From: Longimicrobiales bacterium
GTDB lineage: Bacteria; Gemmatimonadota; Gemmatimonadetes; Longimicrobiales; Gaopeijiaceae
NCBI GenBank assembly: GCA_965249725.1
Contig: CBDFMQ010000002.1
Location: 2,240,001 to 2,304,000 of the forward strand
DNA: 64,000 nt
Reading direction: 5' to 3'
The notes under the pieces: generated by a model
Seen by the model: the letters and a program-made list of their open reading frames with translations, nothing else
The model's database searches: none
What the model was told of the DNA's origin: nothing
Shown here: positions 42,236 through 51,634 of the stretch, piece after piece
Layout of the letters: the number at the start of each line of letters is the position of its first letter
Numbering within the stretch: position 1 is the first letter of the stretch
Position numbers and translations under genes: made by a program

Positions 42236-42648
42236 CGCGGGTGCTACTCGACGTCAACGTGGTGCTCGACGTCTTGGCTGACAGGAAGCCTTTCGCAGAG
42301 GAGGCTACCGCGCTATTCGGCGTGATCGAAGCCGGTGGACTGCACGGCTTCGTGGCGGCCCATACGATCACCACGCTTCACTATCTCCTGGCGAAGCACC
42401 TTGGGAAGGCGAAGACGCGCAGGGTGTTGATGGACCTACTTCAGCTACTCCGAGTGGTGGAGGTAGATGAGGATCGTCTGCGGCATGCGTTGGGACTGAA
42501 TTGGACCGACTTTGAGGATGCCGTGCAGGCAGCCTGCGCGGAGAAGGCGGAGACGGACTATCTCGTAACCCGGGACAAGAAGGGATTCACGCGGTCCGCG
42601 GTGAAGCCGGTAACGCCTGCCGAGTCGTTGGTCCTGATCCAAGAATAG
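42232..42648 (+). CDS. PIN-domain (VapC-like) toxin
   Basis: VLLDVNVVLD, DFEDAVQ, LVTRDKKGF. Confidence 0.9.
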   Translation: MTRVLLDVNVVLDVLADRKPFAEEATALFGVIEAGGLHGFVAAHTITTLHYLLAKHLGKAKTRRVLMDLLQLLRVVEVDEDRLRHALGLNWTDFEDAVQAACAEKAETDYLVTRDKKGFTRSAVKPVTPAESLVLIQE

Positions 42649-42691
42649 ACCGAGCTAGCTGATTAGCGTGAGCACCTCCAACATTCATGTC

Positions 42692-42835
42692 CGATAACGG
42701 GCTCACGGACTCACGACGCGGAGGTGGCGGAGCCACCGGAGTGTCCGCGAAGCGGCCGAGCCGCTGGTCATCGTAAGACCCGTCAGCCTACTCGCGAAAG
42801 CGAGCTGAGGCTCGAGCTTGAGTCCGGCGTTATGT
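42692..42835 (-). repeat. attC-like element, family A
   Basis: CGATAACGGGCTCAC...TGAGTCCGGCGTTATGT. Confidence 0.85.
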
Positions 42836-43014
42836 GGCGTGAGGGCGGTCACGGCGCCACATGAGCTCGAGTGCAATGCACCCCACTTGCTCTGTCAGAG
42901 TTAGGCGGCCTCCGGTTGAGCGAATCAACAGCCGGCCTCGGCTCACAAAGCACCTGTGATTGAGTCCTCCTCGTCCCACACAAGAACCCCCAAGGGTCGT
43001 CGTGGCGCCAACAC

Positions 43015-43764
43015 CTAGCTTATTAGCGAAAGCCCCCAGGACCTCATCGTGTCCGTGGTGCTAAGTCCTGCCGCCGCACCTACCAGTACGATCAGGCCGA
43101 CAAGACCTCCCAGGAGCACCCAAGGTGGTCGCCGCCGTATGATCCAGTCGCTCCCAATGACCGTGACGACCAAGGCGAGCATCGACAGGGGGAACCACAC
43201 GTCCATTGCGTTTTCGACGCCGGACCGCCGCCAGATGCGATCGATCGCCGGAAAGACGATAGTGATGGACGCCAACAGCATGAAATGCTTATGGATTTGA
43301 GGTGTCCGCCGGTAGTACGCCGCACTCCCCACAAAGATGGTGAATACCAACAGGAAGGCGATGTTCACGCAGAGGTCGAGCACGGCCTCCGCCATGAACG
43401 CCAGTGCCCGTTCAGGGCCCACCAGACCAACGAGGCGATGCGGGATGAACAGAAGTGTCGTAACTGCGCTTGCTACAACGACGGGGATGGCCAAAAGGAG
43501 CCCCGCAGCGCCGAGTCTTCGGTGCAGGTCTGGGCGACGCGACGCGATCAACAGCGTCTGCGTGAAGAACACGACAAACCAGGCCGTGAGAACCCCGCCG
43601 TGTACGTGTATGTAGAGGGGTAGCTCGGGTGTCTCGAAGAAGACCTTGAGAAAGAAGCTTGGTGAGAAGCCGACCAGGACGATCACGAGTAAGACACCGG
43701 CAGTCACCACAAAGAATCGATCGTACAGTTGTGCGCCACCCCACGAGCGTGTTCCGTTGCTCAA
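43015..43764 (-). CDS. Multi-TM membrane protein (cassette)
   Basis: About 7 TM helices; HVHG, LHRRLG, HKHFML. Confidence 0.8.
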   Translation of the reverse strand: MSNGTRSWGGAQLYDRFFVVTAGVLLVIVLVGFSPSFFLKVFFETPELPLYIHVHGGVLTAWFVVFFTQTLLIASRRPDLHRRLGAAGLLLAIPVVVASAVTTLLFIPHRLVGLVGPERALAFMAEAVLDLCVNIAFLLVFTIFVGSAAYYRRTPQIHKHFMLLASITIVFPAIDRIWRRSGVENAMDVWFPLSMLALVVTVIGSDWIIRRRPPWVLLGGLVGLIVLVGAAAGLSTTDTMRSWGLSLIS

Positions 43765-43861
43765 CCTTTGGAGTCCTGTGGCTTCGAGACTTCACACCAC
43801 GGTGTCAGAGTTATTAAGACCGTCTAGCTAAGTTAGTGATTGCACTTCAAAAACTCATGTC

Positions 43862-43980
43862 ATATAACGGGCTCACGGACTCACGACGCGGAGCAGAGCC
43901 ACCGGAGTGTCCGCGAAGCGGCCGAGCCGTTGGTCATCGTAAGACCCGAGCTGCCGGAGCGCGACAGCGCGGAGGCCCTG
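43862..43980 (-). repeat. attC-like element, family A, right end lost
   Basis: ATATAACGGGCTCACGGACTCA... with no closing GTTA. Confidence 0.75.
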
Positions 43981-44021
43981 CATCGAGACGGGATCAGGAC
44001 GGCATCGCTAGGCCATCGGTG

Positions 44022-44660
44022 TCAGTCTTCGCCGCCCGGGGTGGGACGGGCCTGGGATACAAACAACCCCGTCACGCCACCATGTACCAACACCGACAGC
44101 GCGACGTACATACCCGTCGGTCCGCTCTGGGTAATCGCGCCGACAGTGACTGAGGTGAGCAGTCCTGCGGCTACGCCGAGGGTGCTGCCAAGGAGCGCGC
44201 GGCCCGACGAAGGTGTGCCGTTGGCACGACGAGCGCCTGCGTGGGCGCCGATGGCGCCTCCGACCCACCCTCCGACTAGGTAGCCCAATGCTCCCCCAAC
44301 ATCGCAGTCATCGTAGCCGCAATCCGAGGTGAGTGACTGACCGATGAGGTAGCCCAGCGCCACGCCCGTTCCGGAGCCAATCACGCCTCCGAGCACCGCA
44401 GTGCTCCGCAAGCGACCTGAGACGGTGTCCTCCTGTGTCACCCGGGGCAGCCGACTCGGTAAGAGCGATTCACGACTACCCGCGCAGTTCGCCGAAGAGC
44501 CGGGCAGAGGTGTCACGAGCAGCGAGCCCGGTTCCGCCGAGCCCACGCGGGGGTTCGCTGGAGCGTTTCGGTCCAGTGAGCCAGTCGCGCATCCGGCTGC
44601 GAGGACGGCCGCCACAAGAGGTGGGAAACGGCAAGTCAGCATAGGCCCTCCAAGAACCAA
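44022..44660 (-). CDS. Hypothetical Gly-rich membrane lipoprotein (cassette)
   Basis: LAAGC lipobox; glycine-zipper-like helices. Confidence 0.6.
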   Translation of the reverse strand: MVLGGPMLTCRFPPLVAAVLAAGCATGSLDRNAPANPRVGSAEPGSLLVTPLPGSSANCAGSRESLLPSRLPRVTQEDTVSGRLRSTAVLGGVIGSGTGVALGYLIGQSLTSDCGYDDCDVGGALGYLVGGWVGGAIGAHAGARRANGTPSSGRALLGSTLGVAAGLLTSVTVGAITQSGPTGMYVALSVLVHGGVTGLFVSQARPTPGGED

Positions 44661-44726
44661 CGCGGTCGCTACGACCGATGGCGCTCGTCTTCAATAACTC
44701 GTGATGCTACTGCAAAAACTCATGTC

Positions 44727-44868
44727 ATGTAACGGGCTCACTGACTCACGACGCGGAGTGCCGAAGGCACGGAGTGTCCGCGAAGCGGCCGGCCTGCTGC
44801 TCACGTTAGAGCTTGTAGCCTACCAGCGACAGCGGCTCCGAGGGCCGTGCTTGAGTCAGGCGTTATAG
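44727..44868 (-). repeat. attC-like element, family A
   Basis: ATGTAACGGGCTCAC...TGAGTCAGGCGTTATAG. Confidence 0.85.
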
Positions 44869-44881
44869 GACGTGAGTGCGG

Positions 44882-45250
44882 TTACTCCTCGCTCGCTGGT
44901 GTAGCAGGCTCTCTCAGACGTGCGCCGAGAAACCCCCCGAGACACGCGGCTATAAGGCCAGAAGCGAGGAAGGGCAAGTCGTCCCCGAAGAAGGATGCGA
45001 ATTGTCCAGAGGAAATCAGGCCGATCGTGACGAGTAGCAAACCGGGGGCAACTACCCACAACCCCCATCTCCAGGCACCACCCGGCCAGAGGATGCCGGG
45101 AAGTAACCCCGCGGCACCGAAAATGGCCGTTGAAATGAGGATCGCTGTGGCGAAAGACGGCGACTCCAATGGCAGGTTGGCTGGCGCGGCTGCCGCGAGG
45201 AGACCGAGGAGGACGGCGATCACGTAGGCGTAGCGTGGCTGCCGGTTCAT
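44882..45250 (-). CDS. Small membrane protein (cassette)
   Basis: Four hydrophobic segments; fills the inter-site space. Confidence 0.7.
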   Translation of the reverse strand: MNRQPRYAYVIAVLLGLLAAAAPANLPLESPSFATAILISTAIFGAAGLLPGILWPGGAWRWGLWVVAPGLLLVTIGLISSGQFASFFGDDLPFLASGLIAACLGGFLGARLREPATPASEE

Positions 45251-45313
45251 TGGGACTTCCTCTGAGATGGTGATCGTCGTCCAACTAGTCGTTTAACTTC
45301 GAAAACTCATGTC

Positions 45314-45457
45314 CGATAACGGGCTCACTGACTCAAGACGCGGAGGTGGCGGAGCCACCGGAGTGTCCGCGAAGCGGCCGGCCCGCTGCTCACGTTAGAG
45401 CTTCCAGCTTCCCCGCGACAGCGGACCCGAGGGCCGTGCGTGAGTCTGGCGTTATGT
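45314..45457 (-). repeat. attC-like element, family A
   Basis: CGATAACGGGCTCAC...TGAGTCTGGCGTTATGT. Confidence 0.85.
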
Positions 45458-45622
45458 GGCGTGCGCTTGGTCTCGTGACGAAAACGCCACCAAAATGGTG
45501 CGTCCGCATGGACAAGACGGTGATGGGATCATTGAGACGAAATCAGTAGTAGGACGTCACAGGATACGATGAGCCGTCCAATCCACCTGGATGTCGGCAA
45601 GGTCCGGTAGAGTGAGGTCCCG

Positions 45623-46135
45623 ATGAAGAAGTGGTTGCGGCGCATCCGAGGTGCGGTCGGAATGGGATTGACGTGGGCGGCTGGGTGGGCACCCATAGGA
45701 GCTGTCGTCGGCCTGGTGCTGGGAGTCGTTATGCCCCCGGTTCTCGGCCTTGGTGCAGTCGTCGCACTCAACGCTAAGGCCTTCGCCGCACTGGGCTTCG
45801 TAGGTGGGACGCTCTTTTCGACGGTCCTCCGGCTAGCAGAAGGTCGTCGCAGGTTCGATGAGTTGGCGCTTCCACGATTCGCCGCCTTGGGCGCGCTGGG
45901 GGGCTTTCTGCTAGGAGGGCTCGCAGTCACGCTGGGGATGTGGGGTTCGGGTTTCCAGGCTTTGGGTGTCGCGATCACCGGCATAGCCACCCTACTGGGC
46001 GCGGGCTCTGCGGCCGGTTCGCTTGCGCTCGCGCGAAAGGCTGACCAACACGAGCTGCTCGAGGCCGGTGCCGACGTGGCGGACGTTGGATTGACGGAGG
46101 AGGAGAGGCACCAATTGCTTGAGGGCCCGGCTTAA
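45623..46135 (+). CDS. Membrane protein (cassette, opposite strand)
   Basis: GAGG RBS; four TM helices. Confidence 0.75.
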   Translation: MKKWLRRIRGAVGMGLTWAAGWAPIGAVVGLVLGVVMPPVLGLGAVVALNAKAFAALGFVGGTLFSTVLRLAEGRRRFDELALPRFAALGALGGFLLGGLAVTLGMWGSGFQALGVAITGIATLLGAGSAAGSLALARKADQHELLEAGADVADVGLTEEERHQLLEGPA

Positions 46136-46231
46136 CTCTCGCATGAACCGAGTTTCTCGATGGCTCGGGCCCGCAAGCGATGCGCGCGCGCCGGACAGCC
46201 ACTCTGAGTGATCTATGCGGGAGCGCATGTC

Positions 46232-46380
46232 ACATAACGGGCTCACGCGCTCCCGGCGCGGAGTGCGCGCCAGCGAACGGAGTGCCCCGAAGGGACGGGC
46301 CCGTTGGTCTCCACGATAGTGTCACAACAGGTAATGCGCGAAGGCGCACCGGAGGGTCCGGCGGGAGAGCGGCGTTATAC
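46232..46380 (-). repeat. attC-like element, family B
   Basis: ACATAACGGGCTCACGCGCTCCCG...CGGGAGAGCGGCGTTATAC. Confidence 0.85.
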
Positions 46381-46476
46381 GGCGTTCCCGCCCGCCCGCC
46401 TCGAGCAGTCACACGTTGGACGACGCGATCAAGATGCCGCACGCGGTTACGGCACCTGAGGGAAAGCAATCGCCTG

Positions 46477-47067
46477 CTAGACCTCTTCCTGGCCCGAATC
46501 TGCGGGAGTCGGCATCACCTTAAGCCGGGGATCCAAGATCTGTGCGGCGATCCAAAGGTACCAGACGAGAGTTGTCAGGCCATTGGCGATCTGTGCGTAA
46601 GAGCTCGACCTCGGTTGTGCGATACCGCTCTTCCAGTTCCGTAGTGTGGAGGGCTCCACTCCGAGCAGTCGAGCGAGATCACGTTGCGTCACGCACAGCG
46701 TCCGCACTGCATCGGACACGGTCTCCGGAGGAGCCAGACCGGATGTGGAGATCTCCTCGTCTTCGAAGAAGAGAGACCACAGCGGGTCGCCTGTGGTCAT
46801 GCGCTTGAAGCGAAGCCCGACGGCCCAGAAGTAAGCGACCTGACGTTGTCGTAGGCAGAGTTCGGCCAGCTTGCGGCGATAGAAACGACCCACGCTTCCG
46901 GACGAAGACCAGTTTCGGACTGTACCGCGCGAAAGCCCAAGGAACTCGGCGAGTCGAACTTGCGGTATGCAGAGGTCTTGGACGAAGCCCCCAGCCGTCA
47001 TCTCCTCGTAGACACGTTCCGCGTAGAACGTGAAATCAAGCAGCCCGAGGGACTCTAGTTCGGTCAT
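46477..47067 (-). CDS. Protein with two XRE-like HTH motifs (cassette)
   Basis: QVRLAEFLGLSRGTVRNW and QRDLARLLGVEPSTLRNW. Confidence 0.7.
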   Translation of the reverse strand: MTELESLGLLDFTFYAERVYEEMTAGGFVQDLCIPQVRLAEFLGLSRGTVRNWSSSGSVGRFYRRKLAELCLRQRQVAYFWAVGLRFKRMTTGDPLWSLFFEDEEISTSGLAPPETVSDAVRTLCVTQRDLARLLGVEPSTLRNWKSGIAQPRSSSYAQIANGLTTLVWYLWIAAQILDPRLKVMPTPADSGQEEV

Positions 47068-47451
47068 GCCTTGGGGTCATCGCCTGTACGTGGCGGACAA
47101 ATCATCATCCAGCCAGGACAGGCAGCTAGGACGGGCGAAATGCGTGGGTTGCCAGGCACCGTGTCCGCGGAAAAGCATGGAACGAAATGGACACATGGCA
47201 ATCTTTTTTTTCAAGAAGGCAAGCAGAATAAGCAACAGCGCTAGCAGCTTGCCAAACGGATCCGGAAGCAGGAGCTCAAGAAGGTCGATGAGCAACGACG
47301 GATCCAGGGCGTGATCCAGGATAAGGGCAGGCATGGCTAATGGACATTATAGCACGCATCAGCTGAGAGACCAAGCCAGAGAACGTGCATCCTGTTACGC
47401 TTCAGGGCCACCAGCTAATCCGCCGACGAACTGACCGCTATCAGGAATGCC

Positions 47452-47469
47452 GTATAACGGATTTTATAC
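47452..47469 (-). repeat. 18-bp mini junction site
   Basis: GTATAAC-GGAT-TTTATAC. Confidence 0.8.
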
Positions 47470-47498
47470 GGCGTCGTTTCGCCACGCCCTCCGGGACG

Positions 47499-47993
47499 CT
47501 AGCAGGGCGTAGCGAGTAGAGTATTGAATTCCGAACGGAATTCGGGCGAAAACGTGCCCCTCGTGGCGCACCAGCGCGGTTGGTATTGCGGGAAGGTCAT
47601 GAAGCCCCGCCACGCCTCCCGTTGGGCGGCGAACTCAGCCTCGTCGTACAGCCCCCGGCGGTACTGGTAGTGCACGTTCTCGAAGTACCGAAACATCGCC
47701 ATGGTGCGGTGGTTGAGCTGGACGGAATCCGTCGGCGTCAACGCTTCCGCCCTGTTCGCTCGCCTCACCAAGTCGGCCAGTTCAGGGTTTGTGGCGCCGT
47801 CACTCATCAGGTCGACAATCTGGACGGCTATCTCGTTCCTTGTCTGAGCCTCCATCATCTCTCGATTCTGTGCGAGTTCGAACGCCACGAGGAGGATCCC
47901 AGCCAACACACCGACCTCTGTAACGATAGTCAGCCATCGATTCAGTCGATCATGCTTCGGTCGTGACTGGTTCATCGCCGCCCTCGGATTCAA
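47499..47993 (-). CDS. Hypothetical protein with N-terminal TM (cassette)
   Basis: GVLAGILLVAFELAQN; YFENVHYQYRRG. Confidence 0.75.
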   Translation of the reverse strand: MNPRAAMNQSRPKHDRLNRWLTIVTEVGVLAGILLVAFELAQNREMMEAQTRNEIAVQIVDLMSDGATNPELADLVRRANRAEALTPTDSVQLNHRTMAMFRYFENVHYQYRRGLYDEAEFAAQREAWRGFMTFPQYQPRWCATRGTFSPEFRSEFNTLLATPC

Positions 47994-48021
47994 CCGTTGG
48001 TTCTTCCTGCCTGCCGATGCC

Positions 48022-48165
48022 GTATAACGGGCTCACGCGCTCCCGACCGGAGCCGCATCGCGGCGTAGGTCCCGAAGGGACGGGCCCGTTGCCCTTCACG
48101 ATAGTGCCTGTCCGTCCATCCCGCGAAGCGGGTCCGAAGGGCCCGGCGGGAGAGCGGCGTTATAC
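48022..48165 (-). repeat. attC-like element, family B variant
   Basis: GTATAACGGGCTCACGCGCTCCCG...CGGGAGAGCGGCGTTATAC. Confidence 0.85.
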
Positions 48166-48230
48166 GATGCGCCGGATCGGTGACTTTAGTCGTCACTCTC
48201 AGTGGCAACCCAACCGGCGCGGGGTTGTAG

Positions 48231-48248
48231 TATGTCGAAATTGACATA
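48231..48248 (+). promoter_or_regulatory. Palindromic operator of TA operon containing TTGACA
   Basis: TATGTC-GAAATT-GACATA just upstream of the toxin ATG. Confidence 0.6.
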
Positions 48249-48257
48249 GTTTCCACC

Positions 48258-48596
48258 ATGAGTCCTGACGACAAGCCGATCGTATGGATTGCCGGTGAGG
48301 TGAAGACGCCGCCTTTCTCCGCAGAGGCGAGGATTGAGGTGGGCATGCTGTTGCGACGACTCCAGAGGGGAGATCGTCTCTCGATGCCGCACTCGCGGCC
48401 GATGACTTCAATTGGACGAGGGTGTCATGAACTCCGGGTTGTGGATGAGGGCGCAACGTGGCGCATCGTGTACTTCGTGGACTCGGATGCAGTGGTGATC
48501 CTCGACGTGTTTTCGAAGAAGACGCGGGCGACACCGAAGCGAGTGATGTCGATCTGTCAGGGACGTTTGAGAGACTACAAAGAGGCTAGGCGGTAA
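48258..48596 (+). CDS. RelE/HigB (Gp49-like) toxin
   Basis: MPHSRPM, CHELRV, WRIVY, FSKKTRATP. Confidence 0.9.
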   Translation: MSPDDKPIVWIAGEVKTPPFSAEARIEVGMLLRRLQRGDRLSMPHSRPMTSIGRGCHELRVVDEGATWRIVYFVDSDAVVILDVFSKKTRATPKRVMSICQGRLRDYKEARR

Positions 48597-48617
48597 GCGC
48601 CCGAGGGAGACGCGAGA

Positions 48618-48950
48618 ATGGACAAGGCCACAAAGAAGAGACTTGAGCGGGCGGGGTGGAGCACCGGTGACGCCAAAGACTTCCTCGAACTCTCAGAGGC
48701 GGAGGCGGCGTTCATCGACATGAAGTTGGCTTTGGCAGAAGACGTCCGAGCTCTGCGCCTAAACAGACACCTGAACCAGACACAGGTAGCGCGAATCCTC
48801 GGATCCAGTCAATCACGGGTCGCGAAGATGGAGGCGGCGGACTCGAGCGTGTCGATCGATCTCCTCATCCGGTCCCTCTTGAAGCTCGGAGCGAAGCGGA
48901 AGGATGTCGCGAAGGCGGTAGCACGGAAGAGGGTTGAGGCAGCAACCTGA
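48618..48950 (+). CDS. XRE-HTH antitoxin (HigA-like)
   Basis: QTQVARILGSSQSRVAKME. Confidence 0.9.
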   Translation: MDKATKKRLERAGWSTGDAKDFLELSEAEAAFIDMKLALAEDVRALRLNRHLNQTQVARILGSSQSRVAKMEAADSSVSIDLLIRSLLKLGAKRKDVAKAVARKRVEAAT

Positions 48951-48980
48951 GCCCTAACGCCAGGTTGAAGTAGGCGTGTC

Positions 48981-48998
48981 GTATAACGGATTTTATGC
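48981..48998 (-). repeat. 18-bp mini junction site
   Basis: GTATAAC-GGAT-TTTATGC. Confidence 0.8.
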
Positions 48999-49021
48999 GA
49001 TGGAGGCCGGACACTACGCCA

Positions 49022-49050
49022 TTGACGTATGTGCGCCAATGGCGCATAGT
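49022..49050 (+). promoter_or_regulatory. Promoter/operator of the next TA operon
   Basis: TTGACG followed by palindrome TGCGCCAATGGCGCA (49032-49046). Confidence 0.6.
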
Positions 49051-49054
49051 TGTG

Positions 49055-49373
49055 ATGGTCATCAAGGAAACCTCCGTGTTCACGAGGCAAGTCGATAAGC
49101 TGCTCGACAAGGAGTCCTTTCGACTCCTTCAGCTTCGGCTCGTGGAGAACCCTGAGGCAGGAGATCTGATCAGAGGCACCTGGAGGGCTCCGCAAGATCC
49201 GTTGGCAGGGCTCGGGCCGCAGTAAGCGCGGGGGAGTCCGAGTGATCTACTATTGGGCCCGCGAGGATGAAGTCGTTCTCCTCCTTCTCATGTATGGGAA
49301 GAACGAGCCGGGCGACCTCTCTCCCCAACAACGGACGATTCTGAAGCGCTTGGTGGAGGAAGAATTCTCATGA
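49055..49373 (+). pseudogene. HigB-2/RelE toxin, frameshifted
   Basis: MVIKETSVF...GDLIRGT, one extra base near 49181, then GGLRKIRW...KRGGVRVIYY. Confidence 0.85.
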
Positions 49374-49657
49374 ATGACGATCTATTCAATGAACTCGTAG
49401 CGAGTGTTGAGGAGGGCGGAGCCATTCTTCGAGGGGAGAAGGAGGCCTCTCGGACTCACGTCGTCGAGGATCCCGACGTCGCCGCGATTCGAGAGGGGTA
49501 CGGTCTCTCTCAGGCGAAGTTCGCCGCTCTCCTCGGAATCAGCGTGAGGACGCTCCAGAACTGGGAGCAAGGACGTCGCCATCCCCATGGACCCGCGCGA
49601 GTGCTACTTCGAGTTGCCGCTCGCCATCCCCGGGCGGTTCTTGAGACTGTTAAGTAG
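49370..49657 (+). CDS. HTH antitoxin (HigA/NadS-like)
   Basis: SQAKFAALLGISVRTLQNWEQGRR. Confidence 0.9.
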   Translation: MNDDLFNELVASVEEGGAILRGEKEASRTHVVEDPDVAAIREGYGLSQAKFAALLGISVRTLQNWEQGRRHPHGPARVLLRVAARHPRAVLETVK

Positions 49658-49691
49658 CGACTCCCACTCGCCACTCGTTCGTACCTCCGTC

Positions 49692-49840
49692 GCATAACGG
49701 GCTCTCGCGCTCCCGGCGCGGGCTGAGCGCCAGCGAACGGAGTGCCCCGAAGGGACGGGCCCGTTGGTCTTCACGATAGTGCCGCACCCGCTAATGCGCG
49801 AAGGCGCGCCGAAGGGTCCGGCGGGAGAGCGGCGTTAGCA
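49692..49840 (-). repeat. attC-like element, family B
   Basis: GCATAACGGGCTCTCGCG...GAGAGCGGCGTTAGCA. Confidence 0.85.
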
Positions 49841-49856
49841 GACGTGCCGGTCCATC

Positions 49857-50657
49857 TCACCACCTGTCGGTGCGGAAGGATGATGCTGGAAGCCCAGCGT
49901 TGTTGAAGAGAGAACCGACAATCCAATTCGTCCAGGCGTATCGGACGGCGGTAGGATTCGGAACAGCTTCACTTGAGACACGCAGGTTTCCACCGCCAAC
50001 GATGACGGCTTCGGCGGGATGGAACACCTTGTCTTCACCCGCCACAGTGAAACTGGTCAACTCGCGGCCGAAACTGGATAGGCCGTCGGGTGCGTGGTCG
50101 AACTCCAGGACGGCTGCACCCTCTTCGACCGTGGAGGACGTGCTCGACGTGCCCTTCGGCGCCATTGACAGCTCTTGGGGCGGTACGCCGCATCGACTTC
50201 GGCCAACGCGTTGGACTTCAGCGCTATCGGGCATGCGTTCATCATCGTTGCTGCGCAGGACGGGTTGGCTGGGGTAGCCTCTGAAGGGCATTTGCATGTT
50301 GGACTGGCCAGACATGAGCCAAACTTCACCGACGACGACATCTTGGAATCGAACGGTCTCGGTCGCGTCACCCGTCCGGGCTTGGACGGAGAGCTCACGA
50401 GGCTCAGCGCTGGCCTCGGGAGAATCGAGGCGGATCATCCATCTCCCGTCGGCCGCGGAGGTAGTCGAGTAGGACTGCCCGGCGAAACGCACGGTGACCT
50501 GGGCGCCCGCAGCGGCCCATCCCCAAACAGGATCTGGAGCGCCGCGCTGCAGAACCATATGGTCGGAGAAGATCGATGGGAGACGAAGTTGAGCGGAAGC
50601 AGGGGCCGGAAACAGAAGCGCGGCAAGGACCGATAGATAGGCTACTCGTCGTGGCAT
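49857..50657 (-). pseudogene. Sialate O-acetylesterase, internally deleted (cassette)
   Basis: FSDHMVLQR, GEVWLMSGQSNM and C-terminal VRYAW...GLPASSFRTD present; central catalytic region appears missing. Confidence 0.8.
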
Positions 50658-50703
50658 AGGTGTGCTCCGTCCTAACTCGCCATTGTGAAGCTCAAAGCAT
50701 GTC

Positions 50704-50852
50704 TGCTAACGGGCTCTCGCGCTCCCGGCGCGGGCTGAGCGCCAGCGAACGGAGTGCCCCGAAGGGACGGGCCCGTTGGTCTTCACGATAGTGCCGCACC
50801 CGCTAATGCGCGAAGGCGCGCCGAAGGGTCCGGCGGGAGAGCGGCGTTACGC
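50704..50852 (-). repeat. attC-like element, family B
   Basis: Internally identical to 49692-49840. Confidence 0.85.
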
Positions 50853-50865
50853 GGAGTCGCGCACC

Positions 50866-51090
50866 CTAGTGGTGGGCCAGGTTCCGCACGTGGAGAATCT
50901 CGCGGGCCTCAATCGGACGCAGATCAGCGCTCGAAAGAGTGACGACCGCCACCGTTCCACCTTCCCCGGAGACGAATTCGACCTCATAGGAGTCGTCGGC
51001 GTGCCGATGCACAATCGCCCCGACGTCGCCCACCTCGAGTCCGGCATCTGGAAGGTCCCGGCGCAGAACGACCGTATCGAGCTCTTTCAT
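50866..51090 (-). CDS. DUF4926 protein
   Basis: MKELDTVVL...GDVGAIVH...YEVEFV. Confidence 0.85.
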   Translation of the reverse strand: MKELDTVVLRRDLPDAGLEVGDVGAIVHRHADDSYEVEFVSGEGGTVAVVTLSSADLRPIEAREILHVRNLAHH

Positions 51091-51094
51091 ACCT

Positions 51095-51172
51095 CTATCT
51101 CCGCGTCGGGTAAGCGGTTACCAGTACAGGGACATCCTCACCCGTGACCATCCATACGGTGCCGAGGGACAC
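51095..51172 (-). pseudogene. DUF6883-like C-terminal remnant
   Basis: GTVWMV...PVLVTAYP immediately upstream of DUF4926. Confidence 0.6.
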
Positions 51173-51296
51173 GAATCAACACGTCCTGCTGTTTCCAGTC
51201 GCTGGCCAAGTCCTCTTCAGAAATCTCGGACGTGAGCGACGAGACTCGCTCTAGCGCCTGAAGCATGTGGGCCAGAAAGGCCCGGTCACGATTCAT
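51171..51296 (-). pseudogene. HEPN/HepT (DUF86) toxin, truncated
   Basis: MNRDRAFLAHMLQALERV...QQDVLIR then similarity breaks. Confidence 0.7.
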
Positions 51297-51573
51297 CGAA
51301 GACGACGACGGCCGAGCCGAGAATGGACTCGCGCATGAAGGGGCTGATACCCGGCTCCGTCAGTAGGTCAACCGGGCGCCTGAAGAATCTGGCCAATTCG
51401 TCTTCGGCGCGGATCAACTCGAAATAGCCGATGCCGCTTCCGAAATCCGCGATCAAATCAACGTCGGAATCGGAATGCTCCTCGCCCTTGGCCGCGGACC
51501 CAAACATCCGAAGCCTGACAATGGCATGGCGACGACAACACTCGGCGAGCCGATCTTGATCAAACTGAACCAT
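51286..51573 (-). CDS. MNT minimal nucleotidyltransferase antitoxin
   Basis: FGSAAKGE..SDSDVDL; RPVDL. Confidence 0.9.
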   Translation of the reverse strand: MVQFDQDRLAECCRRHAIVRLRMFGSAAKGEEHSDSDVDLIADFGSGIGYFELIRAEDELARFFRRPVDLLTEPGISPFMRESILGSAVVVFDES

Positions 51574-51634
51574 GTCGAAAGGTCTCTCCTAACAACCTCC
51601 AACGTCAATCGGCACCCCTCACAAGTGCTTTGTC

